Origin: Felis catus
Taxonomy: Eukaryota
Length of the DNA: 64,000 bases
Direction of reading: 5' to 3'
Assembly: GCF_018350175.1 (NCBI RefSeq)
Contig: NC_058368.1
Span: 62,188,001-62,252,000 of the forward strand
Each line of letters begins with the position of its first letter. Position 1 is the first letter of the stretch. The notes below the pieces were generated by a model, which worked only from the letters and a program-made list of their open reading frames with translations, did not search any database and was not told the origin of the DNA. The position numbers and the translations under genes are program-made. Positions 13,314-25,967 of the stretch are shown piece by piece.

Positions 13314-13374
13314 CTGATGTTTGTCCTTCCTCACACAATTATGTAACTCTCTCACAGGACTTTAGTTTGTTAAC
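13314..13374 (-). other. Candidate non-coding exon (61 nt)
   Basis: tttttcag|G acceptor and CAG|gtaaga donor; stops in all three frames. Confidence 0.25.
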
Positions 13375-14405
13375 CTGAAAAATACCCTCATGTTCTGATA
13401 GAAAATGTCTCTCAGGAGCTGCAACTTGGGAGAAAAGTTTTTTATTTGCTGCTTGAGCAGATATTTTATATATTTTATTTGCTGACATGTTCATGATGGT
13501 AGAATGATGCTGGCAATTTTAATCTATAATTACTCCTCATCATATAGTTACTCTTTACACACTTTTGAAATTAACCTTGAGCCAACATGCAATGTAAGTT
13601 CATTCCTGCAAGAGACCTAATCTGTCTGCGAGCTATTTCCCTGCATGGCTTCCATTGCTTCCTTTCCAGCCATCAGAATTTTTAAATAAACCGCAGTTAC
13701 TAGCCCTTTGAAAAACTCTTCCCTCGCATGGCTGCACATTTGTGCTACTCAGGGACACTTAGGGATGTAAAAAGAATGGCTATTATAAATGGGGAGGAAA
13801 TAAGCATAAGTGATTTGTAGCTAAAGAATAAAGAACTTCAACCAAACTTCAGGAACTCCTGAGCAAGTCTGTCATTGAAATGCTTTTAAAATGATGCTTA
13901 CTGTTAACATCTTGTTTCTCTTATTCCATATTCACTTTAGCAAATACTTTTGACGGGAATTTTATCCTTTATTTACTTTTTCTTTAGACCCTAGCCCAAT
14001 AAGCTATGGCAGGGATTTACATCAGATTATTTCATTTCCTGTCCAAATTTATGTTAGAGAATGACAACAATGTTAGAAAAAGAAAGTTCTGTGGTATGTG
14101 GTACTTCTCATTAAACAAAGTAGAAGCCCTGCTACTCCCTGACATTTGGTTTTTCAGTACTCTGTGAAGTGCTATGTGATATGCAAAGTGGGGTAAGGTG
14201 AAGAATGTTAATTAAAAGAACCTGCAAAGCAAAATATAGGTTATTCATCTCAATCGAGAAAGTGTAAAAAAAAAATTAAAGCATTGAAAACAATGGTGCT
14301 TAGCAATTGTTTATTATCTCAATATTTCTTTGTGAATACTTGAAGTTGCCAGCCTGGTACACCCTTTCCAAAAGCTTTCTCTTCCTGAGCACATGATAAA
14401 TATTA

Positions 14406-14525
14406 AGGGTGACCTTATATTTTATTGTTCAAACCTGATGTTTTTGAGAATATAAGGGGTGCTATTCATGGTCACATGATGAAATAGGCATAGATGTCAA
14501 TTATAACAATGACATGTATGATTTG
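14406..14525 (+). mobile_element. hAT-Blackjack MITE relic (MER94-like)
   Basis: agggtgaccttatattttattgttcaaacc...aggggtgctatt resembles the recalled MER94 consensus. Confidence 0.55.
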
Positions 14526-15790
14526 TCTGTACATATGAGGTCCATCGTAGTCCTCTAATTCTGGTTTCTTGACACATTTTAGATCAAGAAGTTCTTCCAC
14601 CAGATTTAGGCAGAGAGAGCTGGAAGGAAATTGCTATCTGGTGACTGAAGATAAAATGCAACTACGCCAGCTTGAAATGAAAATAGAAATGAAATGGAAA
14701 TGAAACCATCATAGGGACGACCAAACAAAAAACAGACCATAACACAGGTGAGCAGATTGAGAAAGGGCTGCTTCCAATGCTCTTGAAGTCCAAGTGAATA
14801 CAAGCTCTTTCCATGGTTGTGTTTTCCAAATCTTCATTTGATTCTTCTTTTCCTTTTCCATGTTAGATTGAGATTAGTTTCAGTCATTTCCAATCAGAAT
14901 GATCTAAATAAAAATATGATTGAATGCTTTCTGTACAGACAACATATTTTCTTTTAAATAATCACATAGGAGCATGATGATAAGAATAAGAATCCCCTGT
15001 AAATTGAAGGGAAAACTAAGACCTGAAGATTTTGGATGATCTAATACTATATTATGATTTACTAATAAGTGTCAAATATTTAAACCCTTCTTTTGTGGTC
15101 ATGGGCCATGAGGTCTCATTGTCACTTTTTTTTAGTAATAAAATTACATTTTTTATAACTGTAATTTGTTGTACTACAGGGATGCAAAGCATAGTTTGAC
15201 AATATGATCTTGGTCAGAGAAATGTTGGGCCATTTCATACCCAAAGAGATATTTAGTCCAAGAATAGAAAACCTGTGTCATGAATTCCTAATTCTTCGCA
15301 GGGAGTGTAAGGTCAATAATAGGCTAATGCTTATGGTATGAAGTTCATAATTTCTCAAGAGACTTTTCAAGTGTAATTATTTATTGAATCAAAACCCAAT
15401 TAATTTTTGTACAATTTGAAAGTTAATGTTGTTGTAAAAATATTTCCTTCTCATCGTTGCTGCCATATGACACAAAGGTGTTAAACTGGAAACACCAAAC
15501 AGAAAATAAATTATGTCTTGAAACCCAAAAGGGAAGTTTGACAAAATCAATAATATTTGAAACTCGATATAAGTACCTAGGAAAATAGCATCTGTGGGGA
15601 TTAAAGTAGGAGGATTAAGGGAAATATATCCCCCACAGGTTGTGTGCTTTGTGGCTCCTCTTAATAAAAATACAAAGTCAATACAGAGATTAATAGACTT
15701 AAGGGGTTAGAGGGACTTCCAGTAAGCTTCAAAGTCATTTTTTAGAAATACACAGTTTTTGTCAAATATCTTGCAATAGGACAAAATGTG

Positions 15791-15791
<1 letters not shown>

Positions 15792-15822
<31 letters not shown>
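15792..15822. repeat. (TG)n microsatellite
   Basis: TG run. Confidence 0.95.
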
Positions 15823-15824
<2 letters not shown>

Positions 15825-16059
15825 TGATGAGGAATATAGCAGTATCATCAAAGTATTTAAAAATATACCTCATTTTCCTTAATTTCAAGCAATTGCAAAT
15901 ACATGAATAATAGACCTATATTTTGAATTTCTAAAAGTGTTTGATGGTAGACAATGTAATTTTTGTCCATATAACCAAAATTATTGTCAGTTACAGTATT
16001 TGAAACTGAACCACTGATTCTTTCTTATGAAAACTGTTACCATAAAATGAGGAAATAAT

Positions 16060-16155
16060 CAAGACAAAGACCATGTCTTATTTACATATTTACTTCCAGA
16101 CCACACCAGAACCTGGAAAATAGGTCACGCTTAATAAATATTCAGGAATGAATAA
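16060..16155 (+). mobile_element. L2 3' end
   Basis: aaagaccatgtctta...agaacctgg...aataaatattcaggaatgaat. Confidence 0.55.
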
Positions 16156-16194
16156 GGTTATAAGTTCTATGTCAATTGTAAAGTTCTTAATGCT

Positions 16195-16380
16195 GAGGAG
16201 CCTGGTGTCTGACTCTTGGTTTCAGCTCACATCAGGTCTTACTGTTTGGGAGATCGAGCCCCATGTCAGGCTCTGTGCTGACAGCTCAGAGCGTGCTTGG
16301 GGTTCTCTCTGACCCTCCCCTGTTCATGTTCTATCTACCTCAAAATAAATAAATAAATAAATATTTGGAAGAAAAAAAAA
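16195..16380 (+). mobile_element. Can-SINE with deleted A-box segment
   Basis: gagcctggtgtctgactcttgg..., gagatcgagcc, A tail. Confidence 0.85.
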
Positions 16381-16390
16381 CCTCTTAGTG

Positions 16391-17236
16391 TGTCATAGAC
16401 TCTAAGTCTAAAGTTCTCTTTGGGCCAGCAAAAGAGTGGATGCAGGAGGAAAATGAGAGATGGCTAATGTCCGGGAAAAAGACAAGAGCCCCAATAAGAG
16501 TCCTTGCCCTGTATTTATACAGATCAGAAGGCTTGCAAATGTGTTGGGCGTGTACAAAGAGACAAAGAAACTAGGAACATTAACTTGTGGACGTGAAGGA
16601 GAAAAGGGGATTTTGAAGATATAGAGTGTTTGGGGTTTGGGTCAATATAAAACAAAATCCAGATGCCAGGCAGATGGGTAGATGGTTGTTAAGAGCAGAT
16701 AGAAGGCACTCTGCCTGTTTATCTTTGCCAGCTTAGGGGATGGAACAGATAGGGGGAATAACCGCAGGGTTAGGCACCTTTTCTTTTGTTAACCATCTCT
16801 GCTCCGGGCTGCATGGCCTGCAGCACAGTGGTCCAAAATCCAATTCACCAATTTACCTAACCTGACCTTATTCTCCTATGAAAGCAGCTTTCTTCTATAG
16901 TACTAAATTTGGGGCGTTTTCACCCTGAATATCCAATCTTGTTATTCCTATGTATTGGGCACCTTTGCACTGTTTCTATTTCAAGCCTTTGCCTGTCTTT
17001 CTCTCTCTCTTTGAGGGTTCAGCACCCCCTTTCTATTTTGGGGTGCCTTTGCACCTCCCTATTCCTGACTCCTTTGTGCCTCCCTATTCTTGGGATGTCT
17101 TTGCACCCCCCTATTCTTGGAGTGCCAATCTGGTTTACCCAAACTCGAATGTGAGCATTTTATTGACTTTGTATTTCTTTGTGCCTTGTTAAACCATTGG
17201 TGTAAGCCCATATGATTCCTAAGCTTATCCCCCACA
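16391..17236 (-). mobile_element. Solo endogenous retrovirus LTR (~850 bp)
   Basis: TG...CA termini, GC content above flanks, internal ~25-28 bp tandem repeats (17021-17127), putative TSD ttagtg/ttactg; orientation inferred. Confidence 0.75.
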
Positions 17237-17802
17237 TTACTGTTATATTATGCATGTGACTTAAGATCAATATATATTACATAATAATTTCAATTGTAAT
17301 ACCAGAACAAAGTAATGAGTAAAGCATGGTTTTCAGTTTTAACTGTGCATTAAATTCAGTTAGGCAAATTTTATAATATTGACCAGGACCCACTTTGACA
17401 GGTTGTGATTCAGTTGTCTGATATGGAGCAAGGATATTCTTTTCTTTGGTTCTTTAAAGTTTTCTGAGTATCTTTACTTTCTATTCATGGTTGAAAGCCA
17501 TCAATTAAGGGTTAGATTTTTCAAAACAAAAGGGTCTGTGCTTATTTTTCCAAAAGTGCCTTTACCTACTATATGGCTTTTAGAAGCCAATTTAGCCTTC
17601 CAAAACTCATTCTACAGTCATAATGATTTTCATATGACTCTACCATCACAAGAGAGGTTGGATATGTCAAGCAATGTGAAGAAAAAGACTAGGTTCCACA
17701 TTCTTTCTCTATATTTGTTTTGAATTTCCTTTCTCTGATAAGCAATATGGTTATATTAAGTTTCATTTGGAAGCCATATCACATACTAATTCTCATTTTC
17801 AG

Positions 17803-17951
17803 AGTATTGTGAAGATAAGAATTATGATAAATGTGGGATTTGCAGAAGAAACTGCCATGATGGAATAACATCTTGTCTGGGAAATGATGATTTGCTGGTG
17901 AAGTGTGCCATATATCTGCAAACACTTGCAGCATTTTATCAGAATAGCTAA
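17803..17951 (+). CDS. Candidate exon encoding a short 6-Cys peptide (unidentified)
   Basis: tactaat branch point, pyrimidine tract and cag acceptor; phase-1 frame YCEDKNYDKCGICRRNCHDGITSCLGNDDLLVKCAIYLQTLAAFYQNS*. Confidence 0.2.
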
Positions 17952-19134
17952 AATATTGTGAACAATGGGGCAGATGAATTTGCTTAATGGTGCACTCCAT
18001 CTCAACCATTTTCTTGAACATTTTCACCCAAATCTGTAAGAATACAGATTTTATTTCTGACTAGAAAATTACATAGTAAAGACAGTTATATGATTTAGAT
18101 ATTTGTGTCTTATTTTGGAAAGTAATGACAGCAAATAATAATCATGTAATTTTTGATTATAGAGTGTTTGAAGCAGTTCAAAAGAGCAACAATTAAAAAA
18201 ATAATGTAAGCATAACATTGAATAAAAGTGAGTTTCATAAAAAAGAACTGAATTCTCAATAAAAAGAGGATAAATAATTTAGAGATGAGGATTGGGAGAA
18301 TAGTTAATTCTTCCAATCTTGGCAATGATCACAAATGCCAAATATGCTTAAGAAAGGGTTTCTCTTTTTATGTATATATGTGAAGAAAGGGCATGCTTAG
18401 GGAAAATAAGGTACTAATGGTAACATATTATCCATAACATTTTTCCATTTCAAGAACATAATTTGCATGTTATCATTAAGTGAATCATTCTTGAGGACAC
18501 ACTAGGAAAATAAATACACTCTCCAAACATCAACTCTCTTAACTGATCTAAAATCACCACATTTTGCTTGTTAAAATCTAATCATGATATTCGTACATTA
18601 AAATTTTGTAATATGACTACCTAACCTCTCCCACTTTTTTATTTTTATATTACAGTAATTCTTGATTATTCCATGTTACATGGTGTGGACACTGGTGAAT
18701 CAAATAAGTCACAGAGAAAAAGAGGAGAGAGAGCATGGAAGGGAAAGAAAAGCTTGTTACTTGTTGGGATAGGAAGAAAAATGGCAACAGAGTAGAAGGA
18801 CTCTAGGCTTGCCTTGTCCTACAAATACAACCAGATAACTATCAAATTATCCTAAATAGTCCAGAAATCAACCTGAAGAATGTTATAAAAAAACTACAAC
18901 TAATGGTAGAGGAGGCCACATCAAAGAAGGTAGGAAGTGGAGAGATGTAATTTGGGACAGGAACAGACCATGGCCACTGCTGTGGGGAGGGAGCCACAGT
19001 TGCAGAGAAAGGTGAAAGACTGACATATACAGGAGCCTGTAAAGGGAATCCTTACAGCAATTGGCTTGGAAAGTGAGATGGCCAGAATTTTGTGAGTTCT
19101 TGTAACTAGCAGGGAGTAAGCCTGGAGGAATTTT

Positions 19135-19368
19135 GCTTGTTTGGTTTTGTTTTTGTTTTTTTAAATGTTTATTTATTTTGAGAGAGAGAAAGAGCATGCA
19201 CTCGTGCACACATGTATAGGTGGGAGAGGGGCAGAGAGAAAGAATACCAAGCAGACTCCATGCTGTCTGTGAACCTGGTATAGGCCTCAATCCCACAAAT
19301 GGTGAGATCATGACCTGAGCAGAAATCAAGAGTCAGATACTTAACCAACTGAGCCATGCGGGCACCCC
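19135..19368 (-). mobile_element. Can-SINE nested in the L1 5' UTR
   Basis: Full antisense SINE ending ggcacccc. Confidence 0.95.
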
Positions 19369-20151
19369 GAAACTGGAGTTTTAAAGGTCAGACTGCTTCG
19401 CTCAAGGGGCCTTGGGACTGCTCTTCGCGAAAAGGCAGGGCAAACAGTTTGTAGACATACATCCTGGAAATAGTGATCTAAAGAACGTCTGAGGCACACA
19501 GCTGGGAAGTGAGTTGCTCATCTTGGAGCAGTCCCAGAGAGACAGCATTCATGGAGAGACCACTCTGGGAACAAAGGAACTGGAAAGTGTCATTTTCCTC
19601 TCCTACCCTTCAGCATAAACACAGAGCCACCTGTGGAAACCAGCACAGTGCCAATACTCCCTACCTAACTTGCCCACACCAAGCCCTGACCTCTGTTCTC
19701 TGGTGAAACTGCCCTTTCCAGTCATGGTTACCTCAGCCCCAATGTAGTAGGCCCCCTCCCCAACAAGACCAGTCTAAATCCCTTTCCACACTGTATCTCC
19801 CTACCCATGAGTTTTACAAGACCTCAGTTCCAGTGGAAGTGGCAACAGGTCTCATTTCACAAGCAGACTACAGCACACCTAGTTAAAACACACCACATCC
19901 AGGCAAAGAACCAAACTATGCCCACAACAGGCAAAGAGAGCCTCTGTAGGCTGGCCTAAAGGATACAGTAGCCCAAGACACAACAAAAGAGTACATACAG
20001 CACACATTGGAGACACTTCTGGAAGCACAGGGTCCTAGGGAAAAGGGGACACTAAGCTGCAGGGCACTATAGGACCTCTTCTTCATAACAAGAACAGGAA
20101 ACATAGCTGACTTTCTTAACACAGAGAAACAGGCGCAGAGACTTAGACAAA

Positions 20152-21022
20152 ATGAGAAGACAAAGAGATTTGTCCCAAATGAAAGAACAAGATAAGACCA
20201 CAGCCAGAGATCCTAGAAAAACTGATATTAAGTAACATGCTTGATGGAGAATTTAAAGTAATGAACATAAGGATACTCACTGGACTTGAGAAAAGAGTGG
20301 AAAACATCCATGACACTCTTAACATGGAGATAGGGAATATCATAGCTGAGATAAAAGTGTCAATAAATGAAATGAGAAAAACAATGGGAAAAAAAAAAAC
20401 CCAGCACGCTGGAAGAAGCAGAAGAATGGCTTAACAACCTAGAAGACAGAGTCATAGAAAGTAACCACGCTGAACAAGAGAGAAAAAAAAAAATATGCAA
20501 AATGAGAATAGACTTAGGGAACTCAGTAACTCCATCAAATTTAATAGCACTTGTATTATAGGAGTCCCAGAAGAAAAGAGTGAAAAGGTGGCAAAATTTC
20601 ATTTGAAGAAATAATAGCTGAAAACTTCTTTATCTGGGGAAGGAAACAGATATCTAAATCCATGAGGCACAGGGAACCCCTAACAAATCAACCAAAGCAG
20701 ATTCACACAAGACATATTGTAATTAAAATGGCAAAATACAGATAAAGAAAAAATATCACAAGCTGTAAGACAAAAGAAGACAGTTACATACAAAAGAAAC
20801 CTCATAAGACTATCAGTGGATTTTTCAGCAGAAACTTTCCACGCCAAAAAGAAGTGACATGATATTTCCAAAGTGCTAAATGGGAAAAACCTGCAGCCAG
20901 GGAATACTCTATCCAGCAAGACTATCATTAAGAATAGAAGGATAGAGTTTCTCAAACAAAAACTAAAGGAGTTCATGACCACTAAAGCAGCCCCACAAGA
21001 AATATTAAAAGGAACTGTTTGA
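20152..21022 (+). pseudogene. L1 ORF1p remnant (frameshifted)
   Basis: ATG AGA AGA CAA AGA...; MLDGEFKVMNIRILTGLEKRVE coiled-coil segment. Confidence 0.85.
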
Positions 21023-21651
21023 GTGGAAAGAAAAGACCAAAAACGACAGTATGAAGGTAGAAAACACAAAAGCAATAAAAATGAATATTTCAGTTAAAAT
21101 ATCATTCAAGGAACTCACAAAATAAAAGGATGTAAAATATGACTCCAGATGCCTAAAATTTGGAGAGAGGAAAAGTAAAGAATGGGCTCAAACCTAAACT
21201 GTCATCAACTTAAAATATATTGCTATTTGCAGAGGGTGTTACATACAAATCTAATAGTAACCACAAATCAGAAACGATAACAAATGTGCAAAGAATAAAG
21301 AGAAAAAAATTCAAATACATCACTAAAGGAATCAGCAAACCATGAAAGAGTAAAAGACAAGAAAGGATCAGAGAAAATCTTCAGAACCAATGACAAAACA
21401 AGTAATAAATGGCAATTAATACATACCTATCAATAATTACTTTGAGTGTCAGTGGACTACATGCTCCAATTAAAAGATATAGGATGACAAAATGGATTTA
21501 AAAGCAAGATCCATCTATATGCTGCTGATAGAAGACTCATTTTAGACCTATAATTACCTGCAGATTGAACAAGAGGAGTTGGAGAAATATTTATTATGAA
21601 AATGATTGTGAAAAGAAAGCCAGAGTAGCAATATTTATATCAGACACAATA

Positions 21652-21880
21652 TTTTATTTTGTTTATTTTTAAATTTTTTAATGCTTATTTATTTTAGAGA
21701 GAGAGAGACAGAGACAGAGCATGAGTGGGGTAGGGGCAGAGAGTGAGGAAGGCACAGAATCTGAAGCAGACTCCAGGCTCTGAGCTGTCAACACAGAGCT
21801 CGATGTGGGGCTCAAACCCACAAACTGTGAGATCATGAGCTAAAGTCAGACGCTTAACCCACTGAGCCACCCAGGCCCCC
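21652..21880 (-). mobile_element. Can-SINE nested in L1 ORF2
   Basis: Full antisense SINE. Confidence 0.95.
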
Positions 21881-23310
21881 AAGGACAAAATACACTTTAA
21901 AACAAAGACTGTAACAAGAGATAAAGAAGGATACTATATAATAATAAAGGGGACAATCCAACAAGAAGATATAATAATTGTTAATATTTATGCACCCAAC
22001 ATGAAAGTACTCCAGTACATGAAACAGTTAATAACAAACATAATGGAAGAAATTAATAATAACATAATAATAGTAGGTGACCTTAAAAACCCATTTACAT
22101 CAATGGACAAATCATCTAAACAGAAAGTCAACAAGGAAAGAGTGTCTTAGAATGATACACTGGACCAGATGGACTTAACAGATATATTCAAAACATTCCA
22201 TCCTGAAACAGCAGAGTACACATTCTTGTCAATTGCACATGAAACATTCTCCAGAACAGATCACATATTAGTTCACAAACCAGGTCTCAACAAATACGAA
22301 AAAAATTGAAATTATACTATGGACCCTTTCTGACCACAACACTATGAAACTAGAAGTCCACAATAAGAAAAAATTTGAAAAGACCACAAAACATGAAGGT
22401 TAAGCAATATACTACTAAACAATGAGTGGGTTAAGCAGGAAATCAAAGAAGAAATTTAAAAAATACACGGAAACTAAAAAAAAAAAAAAAAGAAAACACA
22501 CCAGTCCAAAACTTTTTGGATGCAGCAAAGTATTTTTAACAGGAAAGTTTAGTGCAAAACAGGTCTACATCTAGAAGCAAGAAAAATCTCAAAGAACCTA
22601 ACTTTATACCTAAAGGAGCTATAAGGAAGAATAAACAAAATCTATAGCCAGCAGAAGGAAGGAGATAATAAAGATTAGAACAGAAATAAATTATATAAAC
22701 AACAACAAACAGCAACAGCAACAAAACAATAGAACAGAGTAATGAAATCAGGAACTGGTTCTTTCAAAAAAAGTCAAGAAATTGACAAACTTCTAGCCAC
22801 AATTATCAAGAAAAAAAGAGAATGGACCCAAATAAATAAAATCACAAATGAGAGAAGAGAAATAAGAACCAACACCACAGAAATACAAACAAGTATAAAA
22901 GAATATCATGAAAAACTATATGCCAATCTAAAAGAAATGCATAAATTCCTGTAAACATCTAACCTAACAAAACTGAAGTGGGAAGACATAGGGAATTTGA
23001 ACAGACCAATTTCTAGCAAAGAATTGGGTCTATAATAAAAAACTTTCCAACAAAAAAGAGTCCAGGACAAGCACCAGACTTCACAGGCAAATTCTACCAA
23101 ACATTTAAAGAAGAGTAATACCTATTCTCAAACTATTCAAAAAAATAGAAAATGAAGGAAAAGCCAAATTCATTTGATGAGGTCAGCATTACCCTATACA
23201 TAAAAAACAGGTAAGATACCACAAAGAAAGAACTATAGGCCAATATCTCTGATGACCATAGATGGAGAAATCCTCAACAATATACTAGCACATTGAGTCC
23301 AGCAATATAT

Positions 23311-23575
23311 TTATTATTTTTTTTTATTTTAGAGAGAGAGAGAGATAAAAGAGAAAAAGAGAGAGAGAGAGAGCAGGGGTGCGGCAGAGAGAGAATCTTA
23401 AGCAGGCTCCAAGTGGAGCATGGAGCCCAACGTGGCACTCAATTTCATGACCTTGAAATCATTACCTGGGCTGAACTCAAGAGTCCCTCTCTCCTGCCCC
23501 TCCCCTGCTCGCACTCTGTCTCTCTTTCAAAAATGAATAAACATTAAAAAAAACAAGTGAGCCATCCAGATGTCA
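23311..23575 (-). mobile_element. Can-SINE nested in L1 ORF2, carrying a + strand SINE-tail insert at 23484-23553
   Basis: TSD tccagcaata(t/c)att at 23298 and 23577; opposite-strand CT tract and A tail inside the head region. Confidence 0.9.
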
Positions 23576-25549
23576 ATCCAGCAATACATTAAAATATAAA
23601 AAAATGAATCATTCCCTGATCAAGTGGGATTTATCCTGGGTCACACGGGTGGTTTGATATTCACAAACCAATCAACATGATACATAACATCAATATGAAA
23701 AAGAATAAGAGCCATATGATCATTTCAACAGACTCAGAAAAAGCATTTGACAAAGTACAATATCCACTTATGATTAAAAACAAGAAGAACCTCAAAAAAA
23801 TAGGTTTAGAAGAAACTGTCATCAACATTATAAAAGCCCTATATGAAAGCTCACAGCTAACATCATCCTCAGTGGGGAAAAAACTGAGAACCTGAGTGAC
23901 AGAATGTCTACTGTCAACCACTTTTATTCCACATAGTACTGGAAGCCCTAGCCACAGCAATCAGACAATAAGAAGGAATAAAAGGCATCCACATTGGTTA
24001 AGAAAGAAGTAAAACTTTCACTATTTGCAGATGACTTGATACTATATGTAGAAAGCCCAAAAGACCACCCCAAAACTGTTAGACTGATAAACGAATTCAC
24101 TGAAGTTGCAGGATACAAAACCAATGTACAGAAATCATTTGCATTTCTATGCACCAATAATACAGAAGCAGAATGAGAAATTAAGAAGCAATCTCATTCT
24201 CTATTACACCAGAAATAGTAAGATACCTAGGAATAAAGTTAACTCAGGAAATGAAATACCCATACTCTAAAAACTACAAAACACTGATGAAATAAATTGA
24301 AGATGATATAAAGAAATGGAGACATTCCACGCTCATGGGTTAGGAGAACAAATATTGTTAAAATGTCTATATTACCCAAAGCAATATACATAATTAATGA
24401 AATCCCCACCAAAATGCCAGAAGCATTTTTTACAGAACTAGAGCAAACGATTCTAAAATTTGTATGGATCCACAAAAGACCCCAAATAGCTAAAGGAATC
24501 TTGAAAAAGAAAAGCAAATCTGGAGGCATCATAGTTTCAGGCTTTAAGTTATAATATAAAGTTGTAGTAATCAAAACGATATGGTTCTGGAAAAAAATAC
24601 ATATAGATCAATGAAAAAGAATAGAAAATCCAGAAATAAATCCACAATTTTATGGCCAATTGATCTGCAACAAATCATGAAAGAATATCCAATGAAAAAA
24701 AGACAGTCTCTTCAACAAAGAGTGTGCGAAAATTGGGCAACATTGGAAAGAATGAAACTGGACCACTCTCTTACACCACACATAGAAATAAATTCAAAAT
24801 GGATTAAAGACCAAATCGGTGAGGCAGTAAACCATAAAAATCCTAGAGGAGAGTATAAGCAGTAACTTTATTGACATCAGCTGTAGTAACATCTTTCTAG
24901 ATAGGTCTCCTGAGGCAAGGGAAATAAAAGTAAAAATGAAGTAGTGGGACTTCATCAAGATAAAAACTTCTGCACAGCAAAGGAAACAATCAACAAAACC
25001 GAAAGATAAGCTTTGGAATGGGAGAAGATATGGCAAATGACAGACCTGATAAAGGGTTAGTATCCAAAATATATGAAGAACTTATAAAATTCAATATCCA
25101 AAAACCAACAATCCAATTAAAAAAGGCACAGAAGCCATGAACAGACATTTCTCCAAAGAAGACATACAAATGGCCCACAGACACGTAAAAGGTGCTCATC
25201 ATCACTTATCATCAGGGAGATGTAATGTATAACTACAATATCACCTCACTCCTGTCAGAATGGCTAACATCAAAAACGCAAGAAGCGACAGGTGTTGCCG
25301 AGGATGTGGAGAAAAAGGAACACTCCAGAGTGGTGTAGCCACTCTGGAAAGCAGTATGGAGTTTCCTCTAAATGTTAAATATATAACTACCCTACAATTA
25401 AGCAATAACTCTACTAAGTCTTTACCCAAAGAATACAAAAATATGAATTCAAGTTGATATATCCACCCTAATGTTTATAGCATTTTTACAACAGCCAAAT
25501 TATGAAAAGAGCCCAAATGTCCATCAACTGATGAATGTATAAAGAAGTG

Positions 25550-25583
<34 letters not shown>

Positions 25584-25612
25584 ATGTATATACACATATA
25601 TATACACACATA
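25550..25612. repeat. (TG)n/(TA)n compound microsatellite inside L1
   Basis: Dinucleotide runs. Confidence 0.9.
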
Positions 25613-25770
25613 TTTGAAAGTTAAATTATATATATAAAGTGTTATTCAGCCTAAAAAAGAATGAAATCTTCCCATTTGCAAAAACATGGATGGAGCTAGA
25701 GAGTATTATGCAAGACAAAATAAGATAAGTCAGTCAGATTTTACTCATGTCAGATTTTACACATGTGGAA

Positions 25771-25967
25771 TTTTTTCATGTTTACTCATTTTTGAGAGAG
25801 ACAGAGCATGAGCAGGGGAGGGGCAGAGAGAGAGGAGAGCAGAGGATCTGAAGCGGGGTCTGCATTGACAGCAGCAAGCCCTATGCAGGGTTCAAAGTGA
25901 AGGAACTGTGAGATCATGACCTGAGCTGAAGTTGGACACTCAACCGACTGAGCCACCGTGGCACCCC
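25771..25967 (-). mobile_element. Can-SINE nested at the L1 ORF2/3' UTR boundary
   Basis: Full antisense SINE; TSD includes atgtggaattt. Confidence 0.95.

Larger units (their letters stand above)
21409..25740 (+). pseudogene. L1 ORF2p (endonuclease/reverse transcriptase) remnant with multiple stops and frameshifts
   Basis: MAINTYLSIITL start; HMIISTDSEKAFDKVQ, KLSLFADDLILY (RT core), MSILPKAIY motifs. Confidence 0.92.

Noticed and set aside
16909..17192. Pro/Leu-rich ORFs
   Set aside because: Derived from tandem repeats inside the LTR
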